DNA of 64,000 nt from Selaginella moellendorffii (GCF_000143415.4 NW_003314274.1:1688851-1752850), one strand, 5' to 3'; counted from the first letter of the stretch, positions 11,446-24,375 are shown. Numbers and translations: made by a program. Notes: generated by a model from the sequence alone, not told the origin.

Positions 11446-12404
11446 CTCTCCCCCCCTAGGGAAGATTGACGTCCTCGTTGATGCATACTCGAGTCTAGAA
11501 TACTGCCAAGGAAACAACCCCAGAAAAAGTTCACGGTACTCACATTATGTGAGAAATGCACCAACTTACATGAGTTAGGGGGCAACCTCTTTGTCTAACA
11601 CGGATGCGCTACCAGCTCAGACACCTTTCGGCCGTCGCTGACAAGGAAATGACCAATGGAGTCAGCCACCCTTGCTGCTTTGGGTGTCACCCAGCTACAA
11701 AAGTGTGATATGCCCCTGCCCGCAAGGATATAGAGAGAGAAGCCAGAGGCCCCAACCCTCCTGAGCAAAGAAACCAAACCCGTCGATATGGTTTAGATAG
11801 ACTACTGTAAACAGGCAGTTAGAGTTGTTTACATGGTCACGCCCTTTCATGGAATAAGGAACATCGACAAAGAGGCGGGTTATATGAGTGGCAGTAAGGT
11901 AAGAGTGTCCGTAAGGACTATCCGACAGGTAACTTTCGATACCTGAAGTCACATTCGCGACACTCTCCCCCCCTAGGGAAGATCGACGTCCTCGTCGATG
12001 CATACTCGAGTCTAGAATACTGCCAAGGAAACAACTCCAGAAAAAGTTCACAGTACTCACACTATGTGAGAAATGCACCAACTTAAATGAGTTAGGGGGC
12101 AACCTCTTTGTCTAACGCAGATGCGCTACCAGCTCAGACACCTTCCGGCCGTCGCCGACAAGGAAATGACCAATGGAGTCAGCCACCCTTATTGCTCTGG
12201 GTGTCACCCAGCTACAAAAGTGTGATATGCCTTGCCCGCAGGGACATAGAGAGAGAAGCTAGAGGCCCCAACCCTCCTGAGCAAAGAAACCAAACCCATC
12301 GGTAAGGTTTAGATAGACTACTGTAAACAGGTAGTTAGAGTTGTTTACACGGTCACGCCCTTTCAACAGAATAAGGAACATCGACAAAGAGGCGGGTTAT
12401 GTGA
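11371..12404. repeat. ~517-bp tandem duplication spanning the LTR border, PPT and 3' internal region of element B
   Basis: 11371-11887 is repeated at 11888-12404 (GTGGCAGTAAGG...GAGGCGGGTTATxTGA) with few substitutions. Confidence 0.92.
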
Positions 12405-15400
12405 CCAGTTGACAGTAGCTACCCCATGACTAGAGATTTCACCATACACACGAAGTGCCGAAGCCAGTCTGCCCATTACTGGCCCAAATGCAAAGATCAA
12501 TATATTGAAAACATCAAAGTCATAGACAATGATATCTTAGAGATTTAATTATCAGTGAATAAAGCTTAGATTAAAGCACAAAAGTATTCCAAGTAAGTTA
12601 TAATCCGATAAACTAGTATTACAGTATAGGAACCACCAAGATCATTATAATTGGTAAACATAGGAATCACCATCCAACAAAATTCAATAGCAAGTAGATC
12701 ATCAAGGAAACTCAATGATAAAATTGAACTACCGAAAATGGCAGATAGCATGCCAAACAACTCACAAAACACAACTCAAAGAACACAAAGTATCATTGAC
12801 TAACAAGCACAATGCTCGCGAATGTATCACCCGAAAGAAATAACATCCTAATCTATGAGAACTAACTCGAGTAATAATCAACAAAACAAAATGAATGTTG
12901 CAAAGCAAACAAACGCTTGTTCATATTAACCATTGCACTAGCCAATCCGAATAGATCCCAGCCAACAACACTAAGGAACTCAAGTTGCTTAAGCAAGTGT
13001 CAGCAACATCCTACTAATGTCTCAAACCTAAGAGACCAATCCAGAGCAAACCACAAACAACTTGTGGTATTGCAAAAAGCCATAAGCTATCAAAGAGAAC
13101 AACTAACCATCATGAAAGATCATTAATCATCCCATCAATAAAAGATGTGCAGAATCATCGTCTTAGAAGGAATCCACCATCCCGAAGAATAGCAAATCAA
13201 TCTAGATCAACGATAATCAAGCAAAACCTCGTACAAGGATAATCAATTATCCTAGATGATAATCAATCATCACTAATGATTGCTAAATGCAAATACTAAC
13301 TTGTACATCGAAGCTAAAGAGCCAAAAATGCCTTCCCCACAACAACTTTTAACAAATGGAACAATGAGCATAATAAACTCAAAGGACATAAAGTTCGAAG
13401 AAGCCTATAGCCAAGTCTTGCCTAACAATGATCACAAGTCTCGCACGAACTAACTTCAATGCTAAAGAAGAAATCATGGTAGAACCATAATATCCCCTTT
13501 AATACATCCATAAGCTAAACTTCATAATGCGAAAGCTAATGAAGAGCATGTCTGCATCAATCCAAAAGCCAAGCATAATGAAGTTATGCTCAACAAGTGA
13601 TCATCTAATCGATCCTCCATGAATCCATCTATAGCAAGACGTAGCTCATATCGTAACAAGCACAAGGGGAATCATCAATGATCAATATATTCCAATTCAA
13701 ACCCAATAAGGATTTAAACTTTCCAATATTGATCACTAACTCTTTTGCTTGTAGAGTTAGTATAGTCCACGACTGAATCACTTTTCAAGGACAAACTTAA
13801 AGCTCAACCCTTACTAAACAAACTTATCAAGAACACAACTAACTCAACTTGCCACTCAGTTCATTTGAACGTCAACACAGTTGCTAACTAGCAAATGCAT
13901 GAATGCCAACAACACAAAGCTAAAGCCAAATCATCAACACTTTTCATCAAGACTAATGAAACTCAATATCAATCCTAAGGAAAGACATTTCATTTCACTC
14001 AAGTCTCAATATTAACAATATCAATGACAAGGCATCACTTCAATGCCATTAACACCAGGACAAAACTAAAAGAAAGCAAGAGTGAATCACCACTCGGAGC
14101 TTTCCAGCAACCAAGCTAACCAAAGTCGAAGATACTATACTTAGTATCCAAGACCAATCCTTCAGCAAAACTCAGTGACAGATAACATATCATCAAGGAG
14201 TGAATCACCACATCCAAGACTCAATGAAATCCAACACTATAGACCAAACGTAACCAAATGATATCGACAAAGGAATTGATATGCTAACATGGAAAAAACC
14301 ATGCCAGCCTAATGACACGATCCTCCGCAACACCATCTGGTAAAGCAAGCCCATCACCGCTAAATCATCATCGAGCAAAGCAAGTGTCAAAAGTCCTTGA
14401 CGAAGTCTACAAGTAATCACTAGTTGCAAAGCAACTAATAATCACTCCTCAACTTGCCTTCACAAGACCCAAACACCAACTCTTGTCATCAAGTTATATA
14501 CTTGCCTAATATGAACGTGATACCCAGGTACGAGATAAAAGTTCATAGACAAGCACAAACTAAATGACCACTCGAATCCAACTCAACCGCAATAAGCTCA
14601 CTAAAACATTTAGCCACTAGCTCTGAGCATGCCTTTGAAGAGGCTAGCTATACAATCAACACTTAGTCGAAACTAAAGTGAAGACCATAAGATGGACTCA
14701 TATCGGTACACAACCTCCTCATAGACAAAGCTATAGTATGGGTACCAATATCTCAACCTCAAACAACTAAGTTGGACATCACCATCCTTAGCCAAGGCGC
14801 AGGATCACCAAGATTAAGTCAAGATCAGTGAGAGCTCACTACTCTCATAGAGTCTTAACAAAATGCAAGGTGCAACCTGCCACTGAGCATAATGCTACAA
14901 AAGAAAGGCACAAGAGTCACCCTTTTTAGAAAAGTGCAACGGTCACTTTTCTACACCAACTCTAGACTCTATCCAACTCAATTGCATTAACCCCAAAAGT
15001 CAGTATCCTTTTTAGGCTGCATCATACAAACTACCTACTAAGGTTTAGGCTAACCAAAGTCAACTCCAACCCCTTCACTAGTTTGTATTGGCTTATGAAA
15101 ATGGAATGGTTTTCGGCAAAGTGATCAATGGATCAGCCATTGGAAAAGCCTAAGAAAATTTGTGGAAAATTTTCCATTCTAGAGAAAGAATGACTCTCAG
15201 TCCAGGAATGCAAACTTTCAAGACTCAACCAACTTCTGCCTACCTACTACTTCACATAGGTTCACCTCAACACAAATTCTCATGATCCAACAATACGTCT
15301 AAGCATCGAACATTTTTGCCCATCTAATTGATATTCAACACCGACACCCGCAAAGTGCAAAATGAACATCTAAAGCTTGATCACGAAGACCACATCGTCA

Positions 15401-16914
15401 GATATCCACATTGCACTAACACTCTTCTTCAACCACCTTCAAGATCCAATGTGAAGCCAAAACACTAACAAGAAAAATGACATGGAAAATCAAGCTCTAA
15501 GGAAAATTCCTCATCACTCAAATCAACAATGCCACTTCCACTAACACAAGTGCTAGCAATGTCAATGCATCAACCTCACACCTTCTCCATCCAATAATCT
15601 ACTCCAAGTGCTAACGGATCAACAGATGAGTTATAGCAAATGAATGCTACAACCCATTCCCAACACCTTATGGGCAAACCCTCAAAGAAACAAGGTACCA
15701 ACTTAAGCTTAGCATAATGAACCACCATTGAGAATCCAGTCAAAACTACTACAATGCTACTTCATGCAAGTAGACTAGCTTCTCCATCAACCACTTTGGG
15801 GGTTGATCATCGTTTATCCAAGCAACTTTGTAAACACATTGTTTACTATCACATGGATATGATATATAATCACAATGACTTGATCATCAATCGAGCAACA
15901 CTACGAGCATCACCCATGTCACTACTACAAAGGTTTACATAAATATCAAGTGTCAACTCAATTCAATAAAATGTAACATAAATGCCACCACCAACTTTTG
16001 TTCACAACACAGATAAGTTCATACCACTCTTTTTCTGACCAAACTCAAAACTAATCCAACACCAAGCTACTCAAGGAGCAATAGCAAGGTTCCCCGGAAA
16101 AGAATTGAGCATTGCAACCCAAGTCTTCCAATAGCAAGCTTAGACAAAATGGTATAGCACTTTACCACTATCCATCCCACAACTCACCATTGTAAGACCA
16201 CCATCTCCAACATGCATCAAGATAGGGACTCTTGATTGCATGATGTGAATACAAGCAATGAGTTAACACCTCGTTGCGAATCATTTCTCCAAAAGAGAAG
16301 ATGATTTACGTATTTGATCCTCCATCCCCAATGACTCTCTTTTCGGTCTCATCTTTGACCAAACCTCAAGCTTGCTTTCGCACTGCCTTCAGTTCAATCG
16401 AAGAAAAGTTTATGAGAGAGCATGGCCATGATTACTTGAACCAATAGATTAATCCCTATAGTCTTGATTGATCCACTTATAATCATGCCTAGGAAGGATC
16501 CACTAGTGCCGTGCTAAACAGCTACGGACCAGCCTATTTGCCACTCATAGCAAACTCAGGGAAAGTTTACTTTCACCCACGGTACATGGAACAACTCATG
16601 GAACCACCGATAGGCTAACATTAATCCTGCCAACTCAAAGTGTAACCTCAAGTTGCTAATGTGCCTCACTCACGAGCCCAAGCACAAACTCGTGCAACCG
16701 GAACAACTCAAATCCATCTTATGAGCCCAAGAGCAAGCTCACATAATTACGGTACAAGAAAGTAACCAAATCCATACCCAAGGAACGATTGCGAAGTCTT
16801 TGCACCAAAACGTGTACCCACTCGGATCATCGTTTTCATCTCTGTGTATGCAACAAGACTAGTTGCCCAATCTCATTGAATAGTACTCGTTGAGACTCAT
16901 CCTCTGATACCAAA

Positions 16915-18076
16915 TGTAGCGCACGTGGTTTTGACCCTTTATCCTATGGTGATTTACCATAGGATAACACTACGAAGCGGAACCTAAACCCTCTTTGTGC
17001 CATGTGACAGATGCCACATGTCATATGCCACTTGTCTATGCCACGTGTCCATAGGAACCCGAGGTTCAGGGCCTTGGGCCACTGAACGAAGGAATAGTGC
17101 CAAACTCCCAAGCATGGAGCCAAGGAGTGATGGAACCGGACCACGGAGCAACTCCCGAGCATTTAGCCCAAGGAGCGAAGGGACAGGAGCCCGAAGTGAC
17201 TTGGAACAGTCTTAGAGCAACTAGCATCCTAATGCCAGGACCAGCACACAAAACGGAGCCAAACGGAGTCTGGCACTATTTCGGCATACCGGTGGCCTAA
17301 CGTGAAGATATGGGTACTCCACTAGTTAGCATGGAATGGAACTTGGGCTTAGACCCAAGCCGGACGCAGAACAAGGACAGGCACGCAAGCGAGAGCTAGA
17401 CTATGCCTTAGGTTGGTCGGCCATGCCCGACCTACCCACTAACCCTACTATACATTTGGAACCCCCCACAGCCCCCCCCCCCCCCCCCCCCCCCCCCGTG
17501 AGGAACACACGCTTTGAGCTTTCACCACAAGCCTCCCTTAGTATCAGGAGTTAGTCTCTGGGACAAGCTCAAAACTTACTAAATATGGAATGGCGCTAAA
17601 ATGCGAATTTGGACATGGGACGAACACCATTGTGTTCAAGCCGATCTCTACATTCCGTAGATATGCCAAATGAGCAAATCTAGACACTTTCCATAAATAG
17701 CATTTAGGACCGAAATGAGACTAACACAAAGGGCATGATAGCGAGGGTGTTTGGCAAACACGGTAAACTATCATCCAGCGACATTGAGGGACCAATCTCA
17801 ATACGCGAGGGTTCTTATCACTAGCAAGTGCAAGACAAAACGAGACGGAAACTCCTTACCGGGCTAAATATGCTTAGCTAATAACACGTAGGGATTCCGT
17901 CCTTATGCTCGTCCGGTCTAAGTACACTCGAAATGCCCAGTTAACTCCACTAACACAAGAGGGACTGATAAAGGGTCCAGTAATACCGACCTCCTGCTGT
18001 CGTGGCAGTAAGGTAAGAGTGTCCATAAGGACTGGCCGACAGGTAACTTTCGAAACCTGAAGTTACATTCACGACA
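16915..18076 (-). repeat. 5' LTR of element B
   Basis: Direct repeat of 10300-11445 with an expanded poly-C tract at ~17472-17497, and the PBS adjacent. Confidence 0.93.
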
Positions 18077-18457
18077 GATTGGCACCAAGAGCAGGAGGAG
18101 TTGTACCATATGCTGTGAACGCCGCCATCAACTGAGTTTGGTTGTTCAATTGCAAGTGCATAGTATCAAGCAATTGTACCAACTACTGCTCCAGAGTCAA
18201 AAGAGGAGATTGTTGATCTGCCATGGAGACGAATGAAAAAGAAAGAGCAAAAGAAGAGAAATGACAAAAAGCTAGAAGGAAATGGTAGATCTAAACAATG
18301 CAAAAAGCTAGATCTAAACCAAAATCCTGAAAGGAAAGAACAAAAGAAAAAAAATGGAAAAAGCTAGATCTAGACAATGCAAAAGCTAGATCTAAACTGA
18401 AATCCCAAATCCAAACACTCCTCAGGGACAATCAAAGGTGCCCCTCACCTCCACCAA

Positions 18458-18632
18458 TGTGAGTGTATAGAATATAGAAAGGGAATACAGAAATGTGTAT
18501 ATCAATTAGCCCAAAAACATTATCTTAAATATAGGAGCGAGTGGTCCGGATTGAAACCAATCCGACGGTTACCAAAAGCCCACTACGCTAATATTAGTAC
18601 ACGGCATTGTAGCCGTACACTTGGCCCTTACA
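18458..18632 (-). repeat. 5' LTR of element A
   Basis: Direct repeat of 6912-7086, followed on the - strand by TGGTGGAGGTGAGGGG (PBS). Confidence 0.93.
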
Positions 18633-19961
18633 ATATTAAATTAAATTCCCAAATAAATGCAAGATTGGACTGGAAACCAATTAAGCTGTTCTAATACAAA
18701 TCTTAATAATTGTTTACCATTTTTAGTTTTCTTAAGAAATTAAAATATGTAGATATTCTAGGATATTCTACTATCTAACAGTTGTTATTCATTTAGATTA
18801 GTCTTGTATTTATAATTTATGAATATGTTTATAACTTATAAACTTTCTTAAACACTCCCTAATATATTCTAGTTTATTTTACCATCTAATGATTGATACA
18901 CAATAATGTTAATCTTGTGTTTATAAATTATGAACATTATTTATAATTATAAACTTCCATTTGATAAATTAAATTAATAATCCAAAACCTTGATTCCACT
19001 ATACTTCTAAACTTTGACAAATCCCCAGATTTTTGTGCAATAACCTCTATCACTTGGAATAGTGGGAGCAATGAAGCTATACAAATGATAATATTTAGTT
19101 TTGGAGGAAGGGTATCTTTGGTTTGGGGAAAGATATAGTCAATATGTTTGATTTTGGCACTTATTCAGTCCTAACTTTCATGACTATGGCACAATAATGG
19201 AAACTCTTCAAGAATTGTTCAATGGTGAGAATCATCTGGAGTTCAAATAATTGTAGCTCACATCCAAATACTCCAAACATGTTATATTGACAAATATAGC
19301 TGCCCAATCCAATTTTCAAAGATACAAAACATGGTGGATGGAAAAGGTTATTCCACATAAAGCTTAACAAAACTATGCAGCTAAGTATTTTAATAGTACT
19401 TAACTTGGTCACTCCTCTTGTTAATAGATTTTGGATCATCCTTAGAATGACACTAGCTATTATGAAGATCTAATTATTCCCAGCATACTTGCTATTCAAT
19501 TCCTCTAAGCACCATTTTGCTAAAATCTCAATCAATCTCCTCTTGGATCTATGTGTCCATTGATCATTGGCCCTTCCTTTTACACGGCTTTGTTATGTCC
19601 TTGGAAGACAGTCTGAACAACATTTGCGCCTTGACCATAAGCGTGCAAGACAGAAAATGGAGATTTATAATTACAAACGAATTAGAAAAAGTTACATCTC
19701 AATGCTTGAATGTTCTAGGTATATTTACTATGATTCAACATTATCATAGCTTGGTCCGAGGAGTGTTTTGATTCTTTGAGTCCTTTCAGTGCTATTTGTA
19801 ATGCTTTGGCTTTTATGGCTGCTACTCTAGCATCTGGCTGGAAAAAAAACCTTCATCCATCAATGCTATGAACTTTAACGATCTCAGTCCACCTCAAACA
19901 GCTTTAGGAAAAGTGGCTACAAAGATGCAGGAACCATAATCCATTTTTCTTCAATTGACTC

Positions 19962-21219
19962 TCAGTAAACCACAACGGGTTCTCCCAAGTTGTAGTTTCT
20001 GGAGATGTTACAGCGCAGATCGAACACCTTGGCCACGATGATCTTGAAGATCTTGTGGATGTTGATGTTGTGCGTGGTGCTGGAGAAGAAGAGAGACGCA
20101 CCCATTGTCTCGGCATAAAACATCGCCTGGTTACCCGGAGTTAATTCCTGGTTGGAGAAAAAAGGCAGGAAAACTGGACAATTTACCTGCTTGGTGATTG
20201 CCACCTGAATGTCTTGGGGGAAATAGATAAACTGGTCATACTTGCTTCCGACTAGAATAGGAATAGCACACTGTCATCAGAAACAGAAACGTTAGATAAT
20301 CTTCCTGACCAAACTCCAGAGCTTAGCTTTTAATTACATTGTTAATTTTCCTGGACTTGATGAACCATTCTTTGACACTGGGAAAATCCAACGAAGAAAG
20401 TATGAACAGCAGGCCGATCGCACACAAAACAAAGATCCTCAACGACAAAATACCTCTTGAGAGTCGAGCGTTTCGTGAGATCAAACATGAAAATCACGGC
20501 AGCAGCACCCTCGCAAACACTGGGAAGAAGATCCTCAAACAATCTGTCTCCTGCCCAGGAAAAAAAAACCGAAACTTCGTCGCTAGGAAGAAGAAAAGAA
20601 AGAAGGAATGGAATGCAGACTCTACTCTAGGATGAAATTCGGCAGCATTACCAGACCTCCAAGCTCCCAGATGCTGAAAACAATCTTGGCATTCTTGATC
20701 CTCAGGCACTTCTCTCGCAAAGCCACACCTAGAGTTTGCGCATAATCCTCTTCGCAGTGGGGATGGAGCTGTGACTCCGGATCATCCTCCAGCTCGGGAT
20801 CCCCTTGAGTAGTCCCAGCGCTCACATACTTGGCCTGGAACAAAAAAAAAAAAAAATTGAGAAGGATCCAAAACCACACTCGCTTATACGAGAGAAAGAC
20901 TCTCGCTAAGCTCGGATTTGCTTACCAGAAAGCTTGTTTTCCCCGACTCACAGTCGCCAACCGTGGCAACCTTGAGCACCACCGCGTCCTCCGATCGATC
21001 CGCCTTGCTCAGCGATCGAATTCTCATCCTGTGATCCTCATCGTCCTCACCATGGCCCACCTGTGGATTCCCAGCGCCGGCATTCCCACCATGAGCTCCA
21101 GCGCTCGCGGCCACCGCCGCTTGCCGCTCCGCCCTAAGCTGCTTCAATCGCCTGTAAGGGATCGTGGACGAGGTTGTGGCCGTCGCCGCGGCGCAGCACG
21201 ATCTGGCCAGCGTCACCAT
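19962..21219 (-). CDS. Septum-promoting GTP-binding protein (Spg1/Tem1 family small GTPase, plant SGP1/2-like), multi-exon
   Basis: VVLKVATVGDCESGKTSFL|..YAQTLGV..IVFSIWELG|..LPSVCEGAAAVIFMFDLT|..PILVGSKYDQF..|..MGASLFFSSTTHNINIHKIFKIIVAKVFDL..NLGEPVVVY*. Short GT-AG introns. Confidence 0.92.
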
Positions 21220-21754
21220 GGATTGGCGCTGGAATGGTGCCGATCTAGACGGGAGAGCTGGAGAGATGGCGGCATCTCGCCATAGCCGGCGGCATGGAAT
21301 CGAGGAGGAGGCGCTGGAGATCTGGGAATGATAGGCTTGTTTAAAGCAAAATATTTGCTGTGGGAGCTCGACTATTGAGAGGAGACTCTCGAGCTCAGCG
21401 AATATTCTCCCCCTTGGGGCGCGGGGCCCGCCCGCCCAGCGTGGAACGATCCGACGGGCGTTAGCTGTCCAGGTCCCGCTAGTGGGGACGTGTCAACCGT
21501 AGGATGTCATGCGTTTTTTGTCCTAATTAATTAGGGTAGAGAATGCTTAACTTTAAAGGCAAAAGCTTATGGTTAAACTAAATATGCAAGCCCTAAAGGT
21601 TTAGGCAGTTTTATTGGTTAAAAAGAATCGATAAGTCGACACTTTACTAAGAACACAAAAAGTAAAGTGATTTTAAATGATAACTACAGTCAAAGAACTG
21701 TTTTGGACCACATGAAATAAAAGAGAATGAAAGGAAAGAAGACTTGTGATCACC

Positions 21755-22810
21755 TCAAACTTCGAAGAACAGTACCTTGTCTATGATTTGAAAGTCCTTG
21801 AAGATCTCGTTGTCCATCGTCCACTCTTTGCTACGCACATCATACTCGATGATCTTGCCTTCGTCAAACACCCAGATCTTGTCTTCCCCATTGCTACAAA
21901 TCTCAACCTCCTCACAAGCCCCTGCCACCTTGAACGACTGATAATCCCACTTGCCATCTGCATCATTGAGCTTGTGCACTGAAAGCACAATCTCTCCCTC
22001 GTGAAACTCTACGACCATCGCATAGATGTCGCCCTTGCACACAAATATCCCGGACGTCGTCCAACGGAGGTGGCCGTCGACGCGCAACGGGACTGCCAAA
22101 TCCATAACATCCAGCCAGGGATTCCCGCGCTTCTCTGGATCAAACCCCCTGACCCTAATTTTAGGAGCGCAGTAATCTCTTACAGCGAAGAAAGGCAGGG
22201 TCGTCACTGGCCAAGAGCACAAGTAATGCTTTGGAACATCCCGAACGCTCCAGTGCGAAAACTGTGTGTTGAAAGTGAAGAGCTCGTTCTTCGGGATGGA
22301 GGCCACCACCACCACCATCCTGTCCCGTGTATAGCCATCCAAAGAAGCAATCCCCCAAAAGTTCCACTCCTCGTTATTGGCCGTCCAAGGCAGTGGGATC
22401 TCCTTGAAAATCCTCCCAGCGATAGGGTCGCAAAGCACAAGCTTGGAGAGCTTGCAATGGAGTGAGACCCCAATGCACCACAGCCCCATGCAGGATCCAA
22501 AGAGTGCCAGCGAGATGGCGGTGCCTTGGGGTAGCAGCGATGGCGGTAGCGCCAAGCTTGTGTCCACCCATTTCCTGTCCTGGACGCTAAACATTGCGTA
22601 ACCACCGTCACTACTCTTGCTACTAGCCATGATCCACTGCTCGCGCGGCCTCGTCTTGCACTCTCGGTACATTACCAGGAAGTTTTGGCTGCGCAGCTTG
22701 GTGCGCCATTGCTTGCAGACGCGCCGCGCCACAGTGATGGAGGTGAAAGGCAACTTGCAGAAGATCGCGTCCTGGAGCTGCTCCGGAAGGCCATTAAACC
22801 GCTATCGCAT
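21755..22810 (-). CDS. F-box protein copy 1 (intronless); the apparent start codon is followed by a stop, so possibly a pseudogene
   Basis: LPEQLQDAIFCKLPFTSITVARRVCKQWR F-box motif and high similarity to copy 2. The 5' end reads ATG CGA TAG at 22810-22802. Confidence 0.8.
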
Positions 22811-23151
22811 CTTTGTTTACCCTAATCGTGTGTCTGTAAGCTTAAGTTTGTCATGTTTATTTCCTGAATTTTGATTACAACCAGGCAAGAGCTTTTTGTA
22901 GAGGAAGATCCATTCAGAAAAGGATGTCTTCCCAAAAGATACAAGCGAATCTCAATGTTGTGAAGTTGTGGCTGTTCCATTCCTTTAAACAACAAATTCA
23001 AGAGAATTCATTCAAATTCATTCTGTACTCAAGAGAATTTAGATCACACTAGAAATGGAAATGATTTTAAGTACTGCATGGTGCTTGTAAAGACCACTCC
23101 ATAGGAACACAAAAAATAAAATGCAAGTCACCAGCTTACGATCTGATCACC

Positions 23152-24198
23152 TCAAACTTCAAAGAACATAACCTTGTCCAAGTTCCGAATGGGCCCAAAG
23201 ATCCCCTGGTTCATCGTCCACTCTTCGCTACTCACATCAAACGCGATGATAACCACCGGATTATCAGGATTACCACAACAAACCACCCAGATCTTGTCTG
23301 CCCCATTGCTAAGAATCTCAACCTCGTCACAAACCCCTGCCACCTTGAACGAGTAATAATCCCACTTGCCATCTGCATCATTGAGCTTGTGCACTACAAG
23401 CACAGTCTTGTCGTTGTAAAACTCTCCCACCATGGCGTAAGTTTCGCCATTGCACACAAATATCCCAGACCTCCTCGAACGGACGCCCAACGAAACTACC
23501 ACATCCATAAGATCCAGCCACGGATTCCCAGACTTCTCCGGATCAAACCGTCTGACCTTCATAACAATGCGCTCGTCCCTCACAGCGAAGAAAGGCAGGC
23601 TTGTCGCTGGCCAAGAGCAAACGTAACGACCGGAATCGCAAACGCTCCAGTGCGAAAACTGTGTGTTAAATGCGAAGACCTTATTGTTCGAGATGGAAGC
23701 CACTGTCACCACCATCCGGTCCCGTCTGTAGCCATCCAAAGAAGCAATGCCCCAAAAGTTCCAGTCCTCCCTATGGGCCTTCCAAGGGAGTGGGATCTCC
23801 TTGAAAATCCTCGCGGCGATGGGGTCGCAAAGCACCAGCTTGGAGAGCTCGGGGCCAAGCGAGACCCCAATGCACCACAACCCCACGCAGGATCCAAAGA
23901 GTGCCAAGGTGCTGTTTCGGGGCAGGAGAGAAGGCGGTAGCGCCAAGCTTGTGTCCACCCATTTCCTGTCCTGGATGCTAAACATCGCGTAGCCGCCGGC
24001 GCCACTCTTGTTGCTAGCCATGATCCATTGCTCGCGCGGCCTGGTCCTGCACTCTCGGTACATTACCAGGAAGTTTTGGCTGCGCAGCTTGGTGCGCCAG
24101 TGCTTGCAGACGCACCGTGCCGCGGTGATGGAAGTGAAAGGAAGCTTGCAGAAGATCACGTCCTGGAGCTGCTCCGGAAGGTCGTGAAGACCTGGCAT
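23152..24198 (-). CDS. F-box protein copy 2 (intronless, intact)
   Basis: MPGLHDLPEQLQDVIFCKLPFTSITAARCVCKHWR F-box followed by a beta-rich C-terminal domain. Tandem paralog of 21755-22810. Confidence 0.9.
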   Translation of the reverse strand: MPGLHDLPEQLQDVIFCKLPFTSITAARCVCKHWRTKLRSQNFLVMYRECRTRPREQWIMASNKSGAGGYAMFSIQDRKWVDTSLALPPSLLPRNSTLALFGSCVGLWCIGVSLGPELSKLVLCDPIAARIFKEIPLPWKAHREDWNFWGIASLDGYRRDRMVVTVASISNNKVFAFNTQFSHWSVCDSGRYVCSWPATSLPFFAVRDERIVMKVRRFDPEKSGNPWLDLMDVVVSLGVRSRRSGIFVCNGETYAMVGEFYNDKTVLVVHKLNDADGKWDYYSFKVAGVCDEVEILSNGADKIWVVCCGNPDNPVVIIAFDVSSEEWTMNQGIFGPIRNLDKVMFFEV

Positions 24199-24244
24199 TT
24201 TGGGAGAAGAAGCGCCGAAGAACCCTGAAGTCTTACATTTTACA

Positions 24245-24375
24245 AAGTCAAAAGTGAAGGCCTTGTTCTTCGTGAGGGAAGCCAGCGTCACCACCATCCT
24301 GTCCCGTCTATCGCCAGTAATCCCCCAAAAGTTCCAGTGCACCTCACGGGTCTTCCAAGGGAGTGGGATCTCCGT
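24245..24375 (-). pseudogene. Internal fragment of a third F-box paralog
   Basis: EIPLPWKTREVHWNFWGITGDRRDRMVVTLASLTKNKAFTF matches the middle of both F-box genes. Confidence 0.8.

Larger units (their letters stand above)
10300..18076 (-). mobile_element. LTR retroelement B (~1.15-kb LTRs, 5-bp TSD GATTG), coding region decayed or non-autonomous, inserted in gag of element A
   Basis: LTRs TGTAGCG..CGACA at 10300-11445 and 16915-18076. GATTG at 10295-10299 and 18077-18081. tRNA-iMet-type PBS (TGGTATCAGAG on -) at ~16902-16912 and PPT at 11446-11457. No long internal ORF. Confidence 0.93.
6912..18632 (-). mobile_element. Ty3/gypsy LTR retrotransposon A (175-bp LTRs, 4-bp TSD ATAT), degenerate, interrupted by nested element B
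   Basis: TG..CA LTRs at 6912-7086 and 18458-18632 (about 19 mismatches counted by eye). ATAT at 6908-6911 and 18633-18636. PBS at 18456-18441 and PPT at 7100-7091. Order is gag-PR-RT-INT. Confidence 0.93.
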
